DNA of 64,000 nucleotides, taken from NCBI GenBank assembly GCA_039799225.1, contig JBDLTF010000005.1:2884-66883 (forward strand), read 5' to 3'. Positions within the stretch are counted from its first letter, which is position 1, and the number at the start of each line of letters is the position of its first letter. This document shows positions 27,021 to 36,454 of this stretch, one piece after another. The position numbers were made by a program, and so were the translations under genes. Under the pieces are notes generated by a model, which saw only the letters and a list, made by a program, of their open reading frames with translations, had not been told where the DNA came from and made no database searches. The DNA is from Candidatus Parcubacteria bacterium (GTDB lineage: Bacteria > Patescibacteriota > Minisyncoccia > Phycocordibacterales > PALSA-1337).

Positions 27021-28814
27021 ATGGATATCCGAAACATCGCTATTATCGCGCACGTGGACCACGGCAAAACCACGCTCACAGACGCCATCATGACCCAGTG
27101 CGGCCATGGCGATGAAGGATCCATGGACTCCAACGCTCTCGAGCAGGAACGCGGTATTACCATCTACGCCAAGAACACCTCGATTCAGTACAAGGGTACC
27201 AAGATCAACATTGTTGATACTCCAGGTCACGCGGACTTCGGATCAGAGGTTGAGCGCGTGCTTCGTTCTATCGACACCGTTCTCCTCGTCGTTGATGCCC
27301 AGGAAGGTCCGATGCCTCAGACTCGTTTCGTGCTCAAGAAGTCCCTCGAGCTCGGTATCAAGCCAATCCTCATCTTGAACAAGATCGACAAGCCTGCTGC
27401 AAACCCAGCTCGCGCACATGACGAAGTTCTTGAACTCTTCATGGAGCTCGGTGCCAACGATTCTCAGCTCGATTTCCCTACTATTTATGCTATCGGTCGC
27501 CAGGGAGTCGCTATGAAGAAGCTCGATGACGAACGCAAGGACCTCACTCCCCTCCTCGACATGGTTCTCGAGCATGTTCCACCTGCAAATGCAGCCAAGA
27601 ACGCTGGTGATGCTCTCAAGGCACAGGTCTTCAACCTCGGCTACGACAACTTCCTTGGACGTCTCGCTATCTGCCGTATTTACAGCGGAACTATCAGGGA
27701 TGGACAGAATGTCTGGGTCAAGGATGTGAATGGTAAGACATTTACCGGCAAGATCACCAAGCTCTTCACCTTCGATGGTAAGAAGCGTACCGAAACCAAA
27801 GAGGCAGAATCTGGTGACATCATCACTGTCGCAGGACTTCCTGACATTTATATCGGAGAGACTATCACTGACACTGAGTCAGTCGAAGCTCTTCCTGCTA
27901 TCACTGTCGATGAACCAACTATTTCCCTCCAGTTCCTCGTGAACAACTCTCCATTTGCTGGTCGCGAAGGTACTTTCGTCACTGGTCGCCAGATTCGCGA
28001 ACGTCTTGAGCGCGAGCTTGAGACCAACGTAGGTCTTAAGGTTGATTTCAGCTCAAATGAATTCTTCACCGTCTACGGCCGTGGTGAGCTCCACATCGCT
28101 ATCCTCATCGAGAATATGCGCCGTGAAGGATACGAACTCCAGGTTTCTCAGCCAAAGGTTATCTTCAAGGAAGAAGGTGGCGAGAAGCTCGAGCCATTCG
28201 AGGAACTCATCATCGATTGTCCTCAGGATTTCTCTGGTGCAATCATCGAGACCCTCGGCAAGCGCAAGGGTGTTATGACCAACATGACCACTCACGGTAA
28301 CCAGGTCCGCATCGTTATGGAAATCCCAACTCGTGGTCTCCTCGGCTACAAGAACGTCTTCACTATCGACACCAAGGGTGAAGGTATCATGTCTTCACGC
28401 GTCATCGGCTTCAAGCCGTTCGCTGGCACCATCGAGAAGCGTGAGACTGGCTCTATGACCTCTATGGCATCTGGTAAGTCTCTCGGATTCTCACTCTGGA
28501 ACCTCCAGGATCGTGGACGCATGTTCATCGGTGCTGCAGTCGAAGTCTACGAAGGTATGGTTATCGGTGACACCGCAAAGGGTGATGACATGGATGTGAA
28601 CCCAACCAAGGGTAAGGCTATGAGTAACATGCGCTCATCAGGTAAGGACGAGGCACTCATGCTCGTTCCTCCATTTGAGCTCACTATCGAGCGTGGTCTC
28701 GAGCTCATGCGCGAGGATGAATATCTTGAGATCACTCCGAAGAATGTCCGTTTGCGCAAGAAGTTCCTCACCGAATTGGATCGTGCAAAGTCGAAGAGAA
28801 AGGATTTGAAATAA
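27021..28814 (+). CDS. typA: translational GTPase TypA/BipA
   Basis: IAIIAHVDHGKTTL G1 motif, DTPGHADF G3. 597 aa EF-G-like architecture lacking domain IV. Confidence 0.9.
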   Translation: MDIRNIAIIAHVDHGKTTLTDAIMTQCGHGDEGSMDSNALEQERGITIYAKNTSIQYKGTKINIVDTPGHADFGSEVERVLRSIDTVLLVVDAQEGPMPQTRFVLKKSLELGIKPILILNKIDKPAANPARAHDEVLELFMELGANDSQLDFPTIYAIGRQGVAMKKLDDERKDLTPLLDMVLEHVPPANAAKNAGDALKAQVFNLGYDNFLGRLAICRIYSGTIRDGQNVWVKDVNGKTFTGKITKLFTFDGKKRTETKEAESGDIITVAGLPDIYIGETITDTESVEALPAITVDEPTISLQFLVNNSPFAGREGTFVTGRQIRERLERELETNVGLKVDFSSNEFFTVYGRGELHIAILIENMRREGYELQVSQPKVIFKEEGGEKLEPFEELIIDCPQDFSGAIIETLGKRKGVMTNMTTHGNQVRIVMEIPTRGLLGYKNVFTIDTKGEGIMSSRVIGFKPFAGTIEKRETGSMTSMASGKSLGFSLWNLQDRGRMFIGAAVEVYEGMVIGDTAKGDDMDVNPTKGKAMSNMRSSGKDEALMLVPPFELTIERGLELMREDEYLEITPKNVRLRKKFLTELDRAKSKRKDLK

Positions 28815-28917
28815 CACTAGATAGGCCTTATTGGCCGCGCTTGTACCAAGCGTCGAACCTTCCTTTGCTGCTGCATTGTGAAGGTTCGACAGTTGGTGGA
28901 AGGAGAATTTAAAAATA

Positions 28918-28953
28918 GAAAAACCCGAGCTTGCCGCTCGGGTTTGTGTTTTG
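28918..28953. terminator. bidirectional rho-independent terminator between convergent genes
   Basis: AAAAACCCGAGCTTGCCGCTCGGGTTTGTGTTTT. 7-bp GC stem with A/T runs on both sides. Confidence 0.7.
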
Positions 28954-28974
28954 AGAGCCGACCCTATTCAGCTT

Positions 28975-29943
28975 TCAGAGAGGATAATACATGTCGAGGG
29001 CGTTGCGAATCTGGATGCCGGATGCGATGCATACCTCAATATTGTGCACCGACTTTAACAAATGTTGCAACGAATCAATCACATCAATCCTCGTTGGATC
29101 CTCGATAGCAATCGTCAGATTACCACCATGGACCATGATAGGAACAATGTTATACCTGCGAGCTATCACTCGAGGAACAATGGCGATAACATCGTCAGGA
29201 ATATTCAGCTTTCCAGGTGCGACCACTTCGCACCCAAAATGAGCACCGTTTGCAGTGAGGACTTGCTCCTCCGTGATAACTTCCTTTTCGAGCAAGGCGG
29301 CAACGGCATCTTTCTCACCATCAGCTGTCGCTGACACAATTTCAGCGACCTGGTCACCCGTGATGAACCCGAGATCAATGAGAATGTGTACAAGATAGTC
29401 CCTGTTACCAGGATTGAAAACATGCGGCTTAGATTTCTGGTAATCAGCAATCTCCCTCGCATCGAACAGGATTGCTTTCCAAGTCGTATGTTCTGCGTTA
29501 GTCGGAATCATCCGCACAACGCCCGCTTTCGCAAGCTCGATAATCTTGCCACCCCATCCTGATGGAATAAACAGAGTATGACCTTGCATGATGCGTTCTG
29601 GCAAACCTTCACCATCATGAATCTCGAACTCCCTCCCCAGCGGAGCCGGAACTGAGAGTATACTGATCCACGTCGGATATTCACCCTGGAACTCCAAGAA
29701 TTCAAGGAATGAAGTAAAATCAACACCGAAAAAACCTCCTTTGATGCGTCCCTTCGTCGCAAACTGATGAGCGATGCGATTGATAATCTTCATTACATCT
29801 TGGACTTGATACCACCCCCAATCCCCGTATCTTTTCTCAGGAATGAGCTGGGATAGTTCTCTAAACCGATACACTTCGGGGGCTACAACCTCAGGCCACG
29901 GGACATCTAACAACCGATGCACTAATACTTTTGGTTTTTTCAT
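28975..29943 (-). CDS. protein with C-terminal GspE N-terminal (MshEN-type) domain and an unknown N-domain
   Basis: C-terminal PRVIARRYNIVPIMVHGGNLTIAIEDPTRIDVIDSLQHLL matches the T2SSE_N/MshEN fold signature. No ATPase domain. Confidence 0.6.
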   Translation of the reverse strand: MKKPKVLVHRLLDVPWPEVVAPEVYRFRELSQLIPEKRYGDWGWYQVQDVMKIINRIAHQFATKGRIKGGFFGVDFTSFLEFLEFQGEYPTWISILSVPAPLGREFEIHDGEGLPERIMQGHTLFIPSGWGGKIIELAKAGVVRMIPTNAEHTTWKAILFDAREIADYQKSKPHVFNPGNRDYLVHILIDLGFITGDQVAEIVSATADGEKDAVAALLEKEVITEEQVLTANGAHFGCEVVAPGKLNIPDDVIAIVPRVIARRYNIVPIMVHGGNLTIAIEDPTRIDVIDSLQHLLKSVHNIEVCIASGIQIRNALDMYYPL

Positions 29944-30064
29944 GAGTACTCCTTGCCACCTCGTGGTGGCTGCGTAGGATTACGATCATTGCCATAGCGC
30001 AGTGCGCCATTTCAAACAACGATTCTATATTCAGACTAGCCCTTTATTCGAACCATGACAAGGA

Positions 30065-30856
30065 CTAGTTGAGGAATATCTTCGTCCTCTTGATCGACAG
30101 TGCAATCGCCCCAGCCCCAATATCCTTCCCTATCTGATGCGCTAAGGATCTCATGTAGGTGCCACTTGAGCACTTCACTCTGATCGTCACCACATCAAAT
30201 AGTTCCTCATTCGAAATTCCATCATCAAGCATGGCGCTCCAGTGACGTTTTATTTCCTCTTGTCTGAAATCACCTTTCACCAGGTCCACCTTGTCGAGTA
30301 TATGCGCTTCCAATTCAAAGCCTGAGATTCGTTCCCTCTTTAACTCCTCAATCTCATATATCTGAACTTCTTTGGTCGGCATTTCCTCCGGTAATTTGTC
30401 GGCGCGGGCCAATTCATGCAATGCGACGCCGTTGACAGTACGCGATGAGTATGGAGGATATTCCTGCGTGAATGTACCAATGTATTTATGTAGATCTAAA
30501 TCATCTATCGCTTCATTCGTACCAATATGCGCCGAGACCTTCACGGGATCAACAGGTTTCGAGGCGATTCCCAGTGCATCATAAGTATCCGTTTCTACGC
30601 CGAACACAACCTCGATTTCATATTCCTTATCAAGACCAAGATACTTGTCTTTGTTTTTACATTCATCGCCTATAAGTATAAGCAGCTCCCCTTCCGCCAA
30701 CGGATCGAGACGTCCTGCATAGGTCATAGGTGTGGTCTCCCATATCTTTTTTTTCTCAGCATCCGTGACCTTCTCTATCTGTGAACGACGAAACCGCTCG
30801 AGAGCTTCGAGCGGTGTTTCGCCCACGTTCTTCATGATTGAAGTAATATTTTGCAT
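30065..30856 (-). CDS. truB: tRNA pseudouridine(55) synthase
   Basis: AGRLDPLAEGELLILIGDECK, GLDKEYEIEVVFGVETDTYDALG and C-terminal CSSGTYMRSL are colinear with E. coli TruB. Confidence 0.75.
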   Translation of the reverse strand: MQNITSIMKNVGETPLEALERFRRSQIEKVTDAEKKKIWETTPMTYAGRLDPLAEGELLILIGDECKNKDKYLGLDKEYEIEVVFGVETDTYDALGIASKPVDPVKVSAHIGTNEAIDDLDLHKYIGTFTQEYPPYSSRTVNGVALHELARADKLPEEMPTKEVQIYEIEELKRERISGFELEAHILDKVDLVKGDFRQEEIKRHWSAMLDDGISNEELFDVVTIRVKCSSGTYMRSLAHQIGKDIGAGAIALSIKRTKIFLN

Positions 30857-32626
30857 CTATGCTTGCTGTTTATCCCAGAACTCACGGAAACGACCATCTT
30901 TTTCATAAAGCTCATCGAATGTACCTATCTCCAATATCTTGCCATCCTGAAGAACGACGATACGATCCATTTCTTTCACTGTCGAGAGGCGATGAGCAAT
31001 AACGACGGCTGTCACATCTTGGAAGAAGTGCTTGAGCGAATCTTGTATCTTCTGTTCTGATTCGACATCGAGATGTGAAGTCGCTTCGTCCAAGAAGAGA
31101 ATTTCTGGGCTTTTGAAGACCGCACGAGCAATGCCAAGTCTTTGTTTTTCTCCTCCAGATAGCTTCACTCCCTTTTCTCCTATGAGGGTCTCTACTCCTT
31201 CAGGAAGTTTACCCACGAAATCATTCACATGAGATATTGTGAGTGCTTTCTGGAGTGCATCACCCCCTCCTGATGCTGCGCTATTTGTGATAGCGATATT
31301 CTGACGCAGACTCATATTGAAGACTTCCGTCTCCTGAAGCACAGCCGCAACATGAGTAACGTATTCCGATTTCTTGATATTACGAAGTGGGACATCGCCG
31401 ATCAATATATCGTCCGCAGGACTCTCGTGTTCCTTAAGAAGAAGCTTGAAGAGGGTGGTTTTTCCTGCACCAGAAAGGCCAACAATTCCGACCTTCTCCC
31501 CCTTTTTGATATCAAAACTAATATCGGACAGGACTGTGCCATGCCCATAACTGAAAGAAAGATTACGGACATGGATAGCATCCCAATCATGAGGGAATCC
31601 TACTTTACCTTCCTCTTTCTCTATATTTACCGGCTCATCGAAGAACTCCGCCAGTCTGGCAACATTAGTCTTGGCAAGCGCGATATCTTGCGTCGCAGTT
31701 GAAAGATCATCGACCGATACACTCAACGTGTTGAAATACCCATAGAAAAGCACTAGGAATCCTATCTCATAGCGTCCTTCCATGATGCCGAGTATAACGA
31801 ATAAGACGAGCAGGATACGCGCAACACTCTGCCATGAAGTACGTGCCCACAGACCAGCGTGATACCAGAATATATTTTCTTTCATAAAACGCGCCAATTC
31901 AACATTCAAAGCTCTTACACGTTCAAGTAGTGGCGCGATCATTCCAAGCACTTTGACGCTTCTGATATTGTTCATAATCTCAAATGTAAGGCCGGTCACC
32001 TCTTCATCCTTGATATTCGTCTTGCGTGCGGCTACCACTGTTTTACTGCGCAACGTATTTGCAATCACATAGTATATGACCTGATACGTGATGATTAATG
32101 CCGCAAGAGCTGAATCAAACTGCGAAATAATGATAAACGCACCAATAAAGTTCACAATGATATCAATGATATTTATTACCCAGACTCGAGAGAGTGTGAG
32201 AACACCTTCTGCGCCTTTCTGGATGCGTTTAACTTTGTTACCAGCATTCTCCTTCTGATGCCATGAGATGTCTACGCGCGACAGATGATCCAGTGCCCCA
32301 CCTTCTATATCCAATGATGCTCTTTGCCCTGCAACGATACAAAGCATCTTGGAAGAGAAGAACAACGCATTCCTGATTAGATATGCTAATCCCCACAAGA
32401 CCAAAGTAATATAGAGAGGAGCAAGTGCATCGCCTGCCTTGACGTCTGCCACAAAAGTAACCACTTGAGCAAAGGCATACGTCGTATAAAGTCCTATTAC
32501 TGCACCGATAAGTCGTAGGATTGATCCGGAAATAAACCTCACACCGTATGGCCTAATGAACCGTTTGAAGTACTGGAACAAATTTCTATAGTTGTATTCC
32601 ATATGCACGATTTGATTAGTGTACAC
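30857..32626 (-). CDS. ABC exporter, fused permease + ATPase
   Basis: 6-TM domain, Walker A GLSGAGKTTL, signature LSGGEKQRLGIARA, Walker B ILFLDEATSHLD. Confidence 0.85.
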   Translation of the reverse strand: MYTNQIVHMEYNYRNLFQYFKRFIRPYGVRFISGSILRLIGAVIGLYTTYAFAQVVTFVADVKAGDALAPLYITLVLWGLAYLIRNALFFSSKMLCIVAGQRASLDIEGGALDHLSRVDISWHQKENAGNKVKRIQKGAEGVLTLSRVWVINIIDIIVNFIGAFIIISQFDSALAALIITYQVIYYVIANTLRSKTVVAARKTNIKDEEVTGLTFEIMNNIRSVKVLGMIAPLLERVRALNVELARFMKENIFWYHAGLWARTSWQSVARILLVLFVILGIMEGRYEIGFLVLFYGYFNTLSVSVDDLSTATQDIALAKTNVARLAEFFDEPVNIEKEEGKVGFPHDWDAIHVRNLSFSYGHGTVLSDISFDIKKGEKVGIVGLSGAGKTTLFKLLLKEHESPADDILIGDVPLRNIKKSEYVTHVAAVLQETEVFNMSLRQNIAITNSAASGGGDALQKALTISHVNDFVGKLPEGVETLIGEKGVKLSGGEKQRLGIARAVFKSPEILFLDEATSHLDVESEQKIQDSLKHFFQDVTAVVIAHRLSTVKEMDRIVVLQDGKILEIGTFDELYEKDGRFREFWDKQQA

Positions 32627-32722
32627 CTTTTTGTACCAACGACGAAACCGCTCGAAACTCTCGAGCGGTTCATCGCCTATCTATTTATCGATAGTGTACA
32701 ATTTTTAAATTATTTCCACTGA

Positions 32723-35700
32723 CTATTCTTCAGACTCTCCTTCCTTAGGAGCGATTGCATCAATCATAATCTGCTTCGGTGATCCCTTGTATCCTGATCC
32801 TGCGGGGACGAGGCGACCGATGATGACGTTCTCCATGAGACCTGCGAGGTTGTCCTCTGCTCCGCGAACTGCGTTGCCGATGAGAACACGAGTTGTGTGC
32901 TGGAATGAGGCCGCTGAGAGGAAGCTCTTCCTTGAGAGCGAAGTCTCGGTGATACCCATAACAAGCTTCTCAACCTTTGCAGCAGATCCATCTGCAGCCT
33001 TAGCTGCGATGTTCTCTTCTGAGAGATAGGTATCATCAACGATCATACCTTCAGTAAGATTGGTGCTACCTGCATCCTTGACGCGGCGGCGGCTGAACAT
33101 CTGCTTCACGATGAGCTCAATGTGCTTGCGTGACACGGTTTCTCCCTGGAGCTCGTAAATCTTACCAACCTCGGTAATGACGTACTCCTTGGCACGCTCT
33201 TCACCACCAAATTCGAAGACCTCATCGATATCAGCTGATCCATCGGTAAGGAGGTCTCCCTTCTTAACCTTGTCACCAACCTTCACAAATGCGGTACGGC
33301 GATATGGGAAGACATACTCAACTTCTGATGTCTTGTTCTTACCCTTCTTAGCATCTTCAACTTCTGGGAGGATGCGGATAACCTTCTCCTTGCCGAGATC
33401 CTTGACCTCGCTGATCATGCCATCTACTGATGCCACGACTGCTGGGTTCCTTGGGCGGCGCTTCTCGAAGATTTCTTCGACACGTGGGAGACCTGCGGTG
33501 ATGTCTCCTGCTGCTGATGCGGCACCTCCCGCGTGGAAGGTACGCATAGTAAGCTGAGTTCCTGGCTCACCGATAGCTTGTGCGGCGACGGTACCGACTG
33601 CTTCGCCGAGATCGACGAGCTTGTTCTTACCAAGATCCATTCCGTAACACTGTGCACACACACCACGGATAGTCTTACATGAGAGTGGTGAACGGACATG
33701 AACCTGAGTGGTGCCAGCCTCTTCAACCTTCATCGCATCAGCCTTGCTGAGGAGATGATTCTTCGAGAAGAGGAGCTTACCATCCATACCCATGATATCC
33801 TCGGCGATCACGCGACCGCGAATGTTCTTGGAAAGTGGGATAGCCATACCTGATGCAGTCTGAGTGCGGATGATGATACTTTCCTTGGTGCCACAATCAT
33901 CCTCTGAGACAACGACATCCTGCGCAACGACGAAGAGCTTACGAGTGAGGTAACCTGCTTTCGCGGTGTTGAGCGCGGTGTCAGTAAGACCCTTACGTGA
34001 ACCGTGAGTGGTAATGAAGTACTCGATAGGAGTCAAACCTTCCTTAGCACATGAGAGAATTGGGAACTCAATAGTTTCTCCAGAGACCGATGCGATAAGA
34101 CCCTTCATACCTGCCATGATAGTGATCTGTGAGAGCGATCCGCGAGCGCCAGAGTTGACCATGTCGTAGACAGATCCATTCTTGTCGAGAGATGCTGGGA
34201 TAACCTTCTCAACTTCACTCTTGGCATGCTGCCAGATCTCGATGTGCTTCCTGATGCGCTCCTCTTCAGTAAGGAGACCTTCATCAAACTGCTCAGTAAC
34301 ACGATCTGCCTGCTCCTTGCCCTTGGCAATGATGGTGTACTTCTCTGGAGGAATAACGATATCGTCGATACCCCAAGTAGTTCCTGAGAATGTTGCGTAG
34401 CTAAATCCGAATGACTTGATGCGATCGAGAATCGGTGCGACGTCATTCACTCCGTGAAGAGTAATCATGTCGTCGATGATAGTAGCGATGCGCTTACGTC
34501 CGACCTCTTCGTTGATAAATGGATAGTCTTCCGGAAGAATATTGTTGAGGAGGATGCGACCAACAGTAGTCTCAACTAGTGTACCCTTCAAATTCGCATA
34601 CTTAGCGATGTCTGGTGCGAGAACCTTAACTGGCTCGCGGAGGTCAATGTCCTTGAAATTGTGAGCGAGCACTGCAGCCTCAGGAGATTCAAAGTACTTC
34701 ATTGAATTTGCCTTGGCACCTGCCTTCTCTACCTTCTTGGTAACCCAGAAACATCCGAGAACGATATCGAGGAGTTTAGCGACAACTGTAGGATCGTTGT
34801 TACCTGGCTTGAGAATGTTCTTGTCAGAAGCCATGATCTCACGAGCTTCCATCTGTGCCTCTTCTGAGAGTGGCACGTGGACAGCCATCTGGTCTCCGTC
34901 GAAGTCAGCGTTGAATGCGGTACAGACGAGTGGGTGAACCTGGATAGCGTTACCTTCGATAAGGATTGGGCGGAATGCCTGAATACCGAGGCGGTGAAGA
35001 GTAGGAGCGCGGTTCAAGAGCACATACTTGCCTTCAATGACCTCTTCGAGGATTTCCCACACTTCCTTGGCACCATCATCAATGAGACGATTTGCACCGC
35101 GGATATTGTAGGCGAGCTCCTTCTTGAGGAGTCCTGAAATAACGAATGGGCGGAAAAGTTCGAGAGCCATGTGCTTCGGAAGACCACACTGGTCAAGCCT
35201 GAGCTCTGGACCGACGACGATCACTGAACGACCTGAGTAGTCCACGCGCTTACCGAGGAGGTTCTGGCGGAAGAGACCACGCTTGGACTTGAGGCTATCA
35301 GAGAGAGACTTGAGCGCGCGCTTCTGAGCTGCAGCTGCTGCGGCTCCTGCTGATGAGCTGTGACGGATAGAGTTGTCGATAAGAGCATCAACTGCCTCCT
35401 GGAGAATACGCTTCTCGTTGCGGAGAATAACCTCTGGAGCATTGATCTCCTTGAGTTTCAAAAGACGATTGTTGCGGTTGATGACGCGGCGATAGAGGTC
35501 GTTAACATCAGAGGTTGCATAGCGACCACCATCAAGAGCGACCATAGGGCGGATGCCTGGTGGAATAACTGGAATACGAACGAGGAACATCCATTCTGGG
35601 CGGAGCTTAGCCTTGATCATCTGCTTAACGAGCGACAAGCGCTTGCCGAGCTTCTCACGATCTGCGGCACCTGCCTTCTCGAGATATCCTTCGAGCTCAA

Positions 35701-36409
35701 CCTTGAGCTTCGGAAGATCGATATGTTTCAAGAGATCGTAGATGACCTCTGCACCGATACCAGCCTCGAAGAGAGCACCGTATTTGACTGCGTACTTGTG
35801 ATACGTAGCCTCATCCATAACCATGCCGAGAGACAAACTCTCGATCTCGCGACGTGCGTTAACTACGAGCTCCTTAAGAGCCTCCTTGGTCTTATCATCC
35901 TGTGCAGTCTTGAGCTTGCTCTTGTATTCACCATCGAGCTCTTTGAGGAAAGATTCCTTCTCGTGCTCATTGACCTTGGTGACGATGTATCCAGCGAAAT
36001 AGACGACCTTCTCGAGATCCGAAGTGGTCATACCGAGAATGAGGCCGATGCGTGAAGGAACCGAACGGAGGAACCAGATATGAGAGACCGGAGACGCGAG
36101 CTCGATGTGACCCATGCGCTCGCGGCGAACTATAGAGCGAGTGATCTCGACTCCACACTTCTCACAGATGATTCCCTTATAACGGATACCGCGATACTTA
36201 CCACAGTAACACTCATAGTCACGATCTGGACCGAAGATACGCTCATCGAAGAGACCGCTCTTCTCAGAACGCTGGGTGCGGTAGTTGATGGTCTCCGGCT
36301 TAGTGATCTCGCCGTGTGACCATTCGAGGATTTTTTCCGGCGAAGCGAGTGAGAGCTTCACTGCATCGAAGTGGACTGGATCGAGAGTTTTTTTGGTGAT
36401 GGTTGTCAT
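32723..36409 (-). CDS. rpoC: DNA-directed RNA polymerase subunit beta'
   Basis: NADFDGDQMAVH catalytic motif, zinc-binding Cys cluster near the N-terminus. 1228 aa. Confidence 0.95.
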   Translation of the reverse strand: MTTITKKTLDPVHFDAVKLSLASPEKILEWSHGEITKPETINYRTQRSEKSGLFDERIFGPDRDYECYCGKYRGIRYKGIICEKCGVEITRSIVRRERMGHIELASPVSHIWFLRSVPSRIGLILGMTTSDLEKVVYFAGYIVTKVNEHEKESFLKELDGEYKSKLKTAQDDKTKEALKELVVNARREIESLSLGMVMDEATYHKYAVKYGALFEAGIGAEVIYDLLKHIDLPKLKVELEGYLEKAGAADREKLGKRLSLVKQMIKAKLRPEWMFLVRIPVIPPGIRPMVALDGGRYATSDVNDLYRRVINRNNRLLKLKEINAPEVILRNEKRILQEAVDALIDNSIRHSSSAGAAAAAAQKRALKSLSDSLKSKRGLFRQNLLGKRVDYSGRSVIVVGPELRLDQCGLPKHMALELFRPFVISGLLKKELAYNIRGANRLIDDGAKEVWEILEEVIEGKYVLLNRAPTLHRLGIQAFRPILIEGNAIQVHPLVCTAFNADFDGDQMAVHVPLSEEAQMEAREIMASDKNILKPGNNDPTVVAKLLDIVLGCFWVTKKVEKAGAKANSMKYFESPEAAVLAHNFKDIDLREPVKVLAPDIAKYANLKGTLVETTVGRILLNNILPEDYPFINEEVGRKRIATIIDDMITLHGVNDVAPILDRIKSFGFSYATFSGTTWGIDDIVIPPEKYTIIAKGKEQADRVTEQFDEGLLTEEERIRKHIEIWQHAKSEVEKVIPASLDKNGSVYDMVNSGARGSLSQITIMAGMKGLIASVSGETIEFPILSCAKEGLTPIEYFITTHGSRKGLTDTALNTAKAGYLTRKLFVVAQDVVVSEDDCGTKESIIIRTQTASGMAIPLSKNIRGRVIAEDIMGMDGKLLFSKNHLLSKADAMKVEEAGTTQVHVRSPLSCKTIRGVCAQCYGMDLGKNKLVDLGEAVGTVAAQAIGEPGTQLTMRTFHAGGAASAAGDITAGLPRVEEIFEKRRPRNPAVVASVDGMISEVKDLGKEKVIRILPEVEDAKKGKNKTSEVEYVFPYRRTAFVKVGDKVKKGDLLTDGSADIDEVFEFGGEERAKEYVITEVGKIYELQGETVSRKHIELIVKQMFSRRRVKDAGSTNLTEGMIVDDTYLSEENIAAKAADGSAAKVEKLVMGITETSLSRKSFLSAASFQHTTRVLIGNAVRGAEDNLAGLMENVIIGRLVPAGSGYKGSPKQIMIDAIAPKEGESEE

Positions 36410-36454
36410 AATAGTATTGAATGATTTAAAGATTGAAGATTGACGTATTCAATA

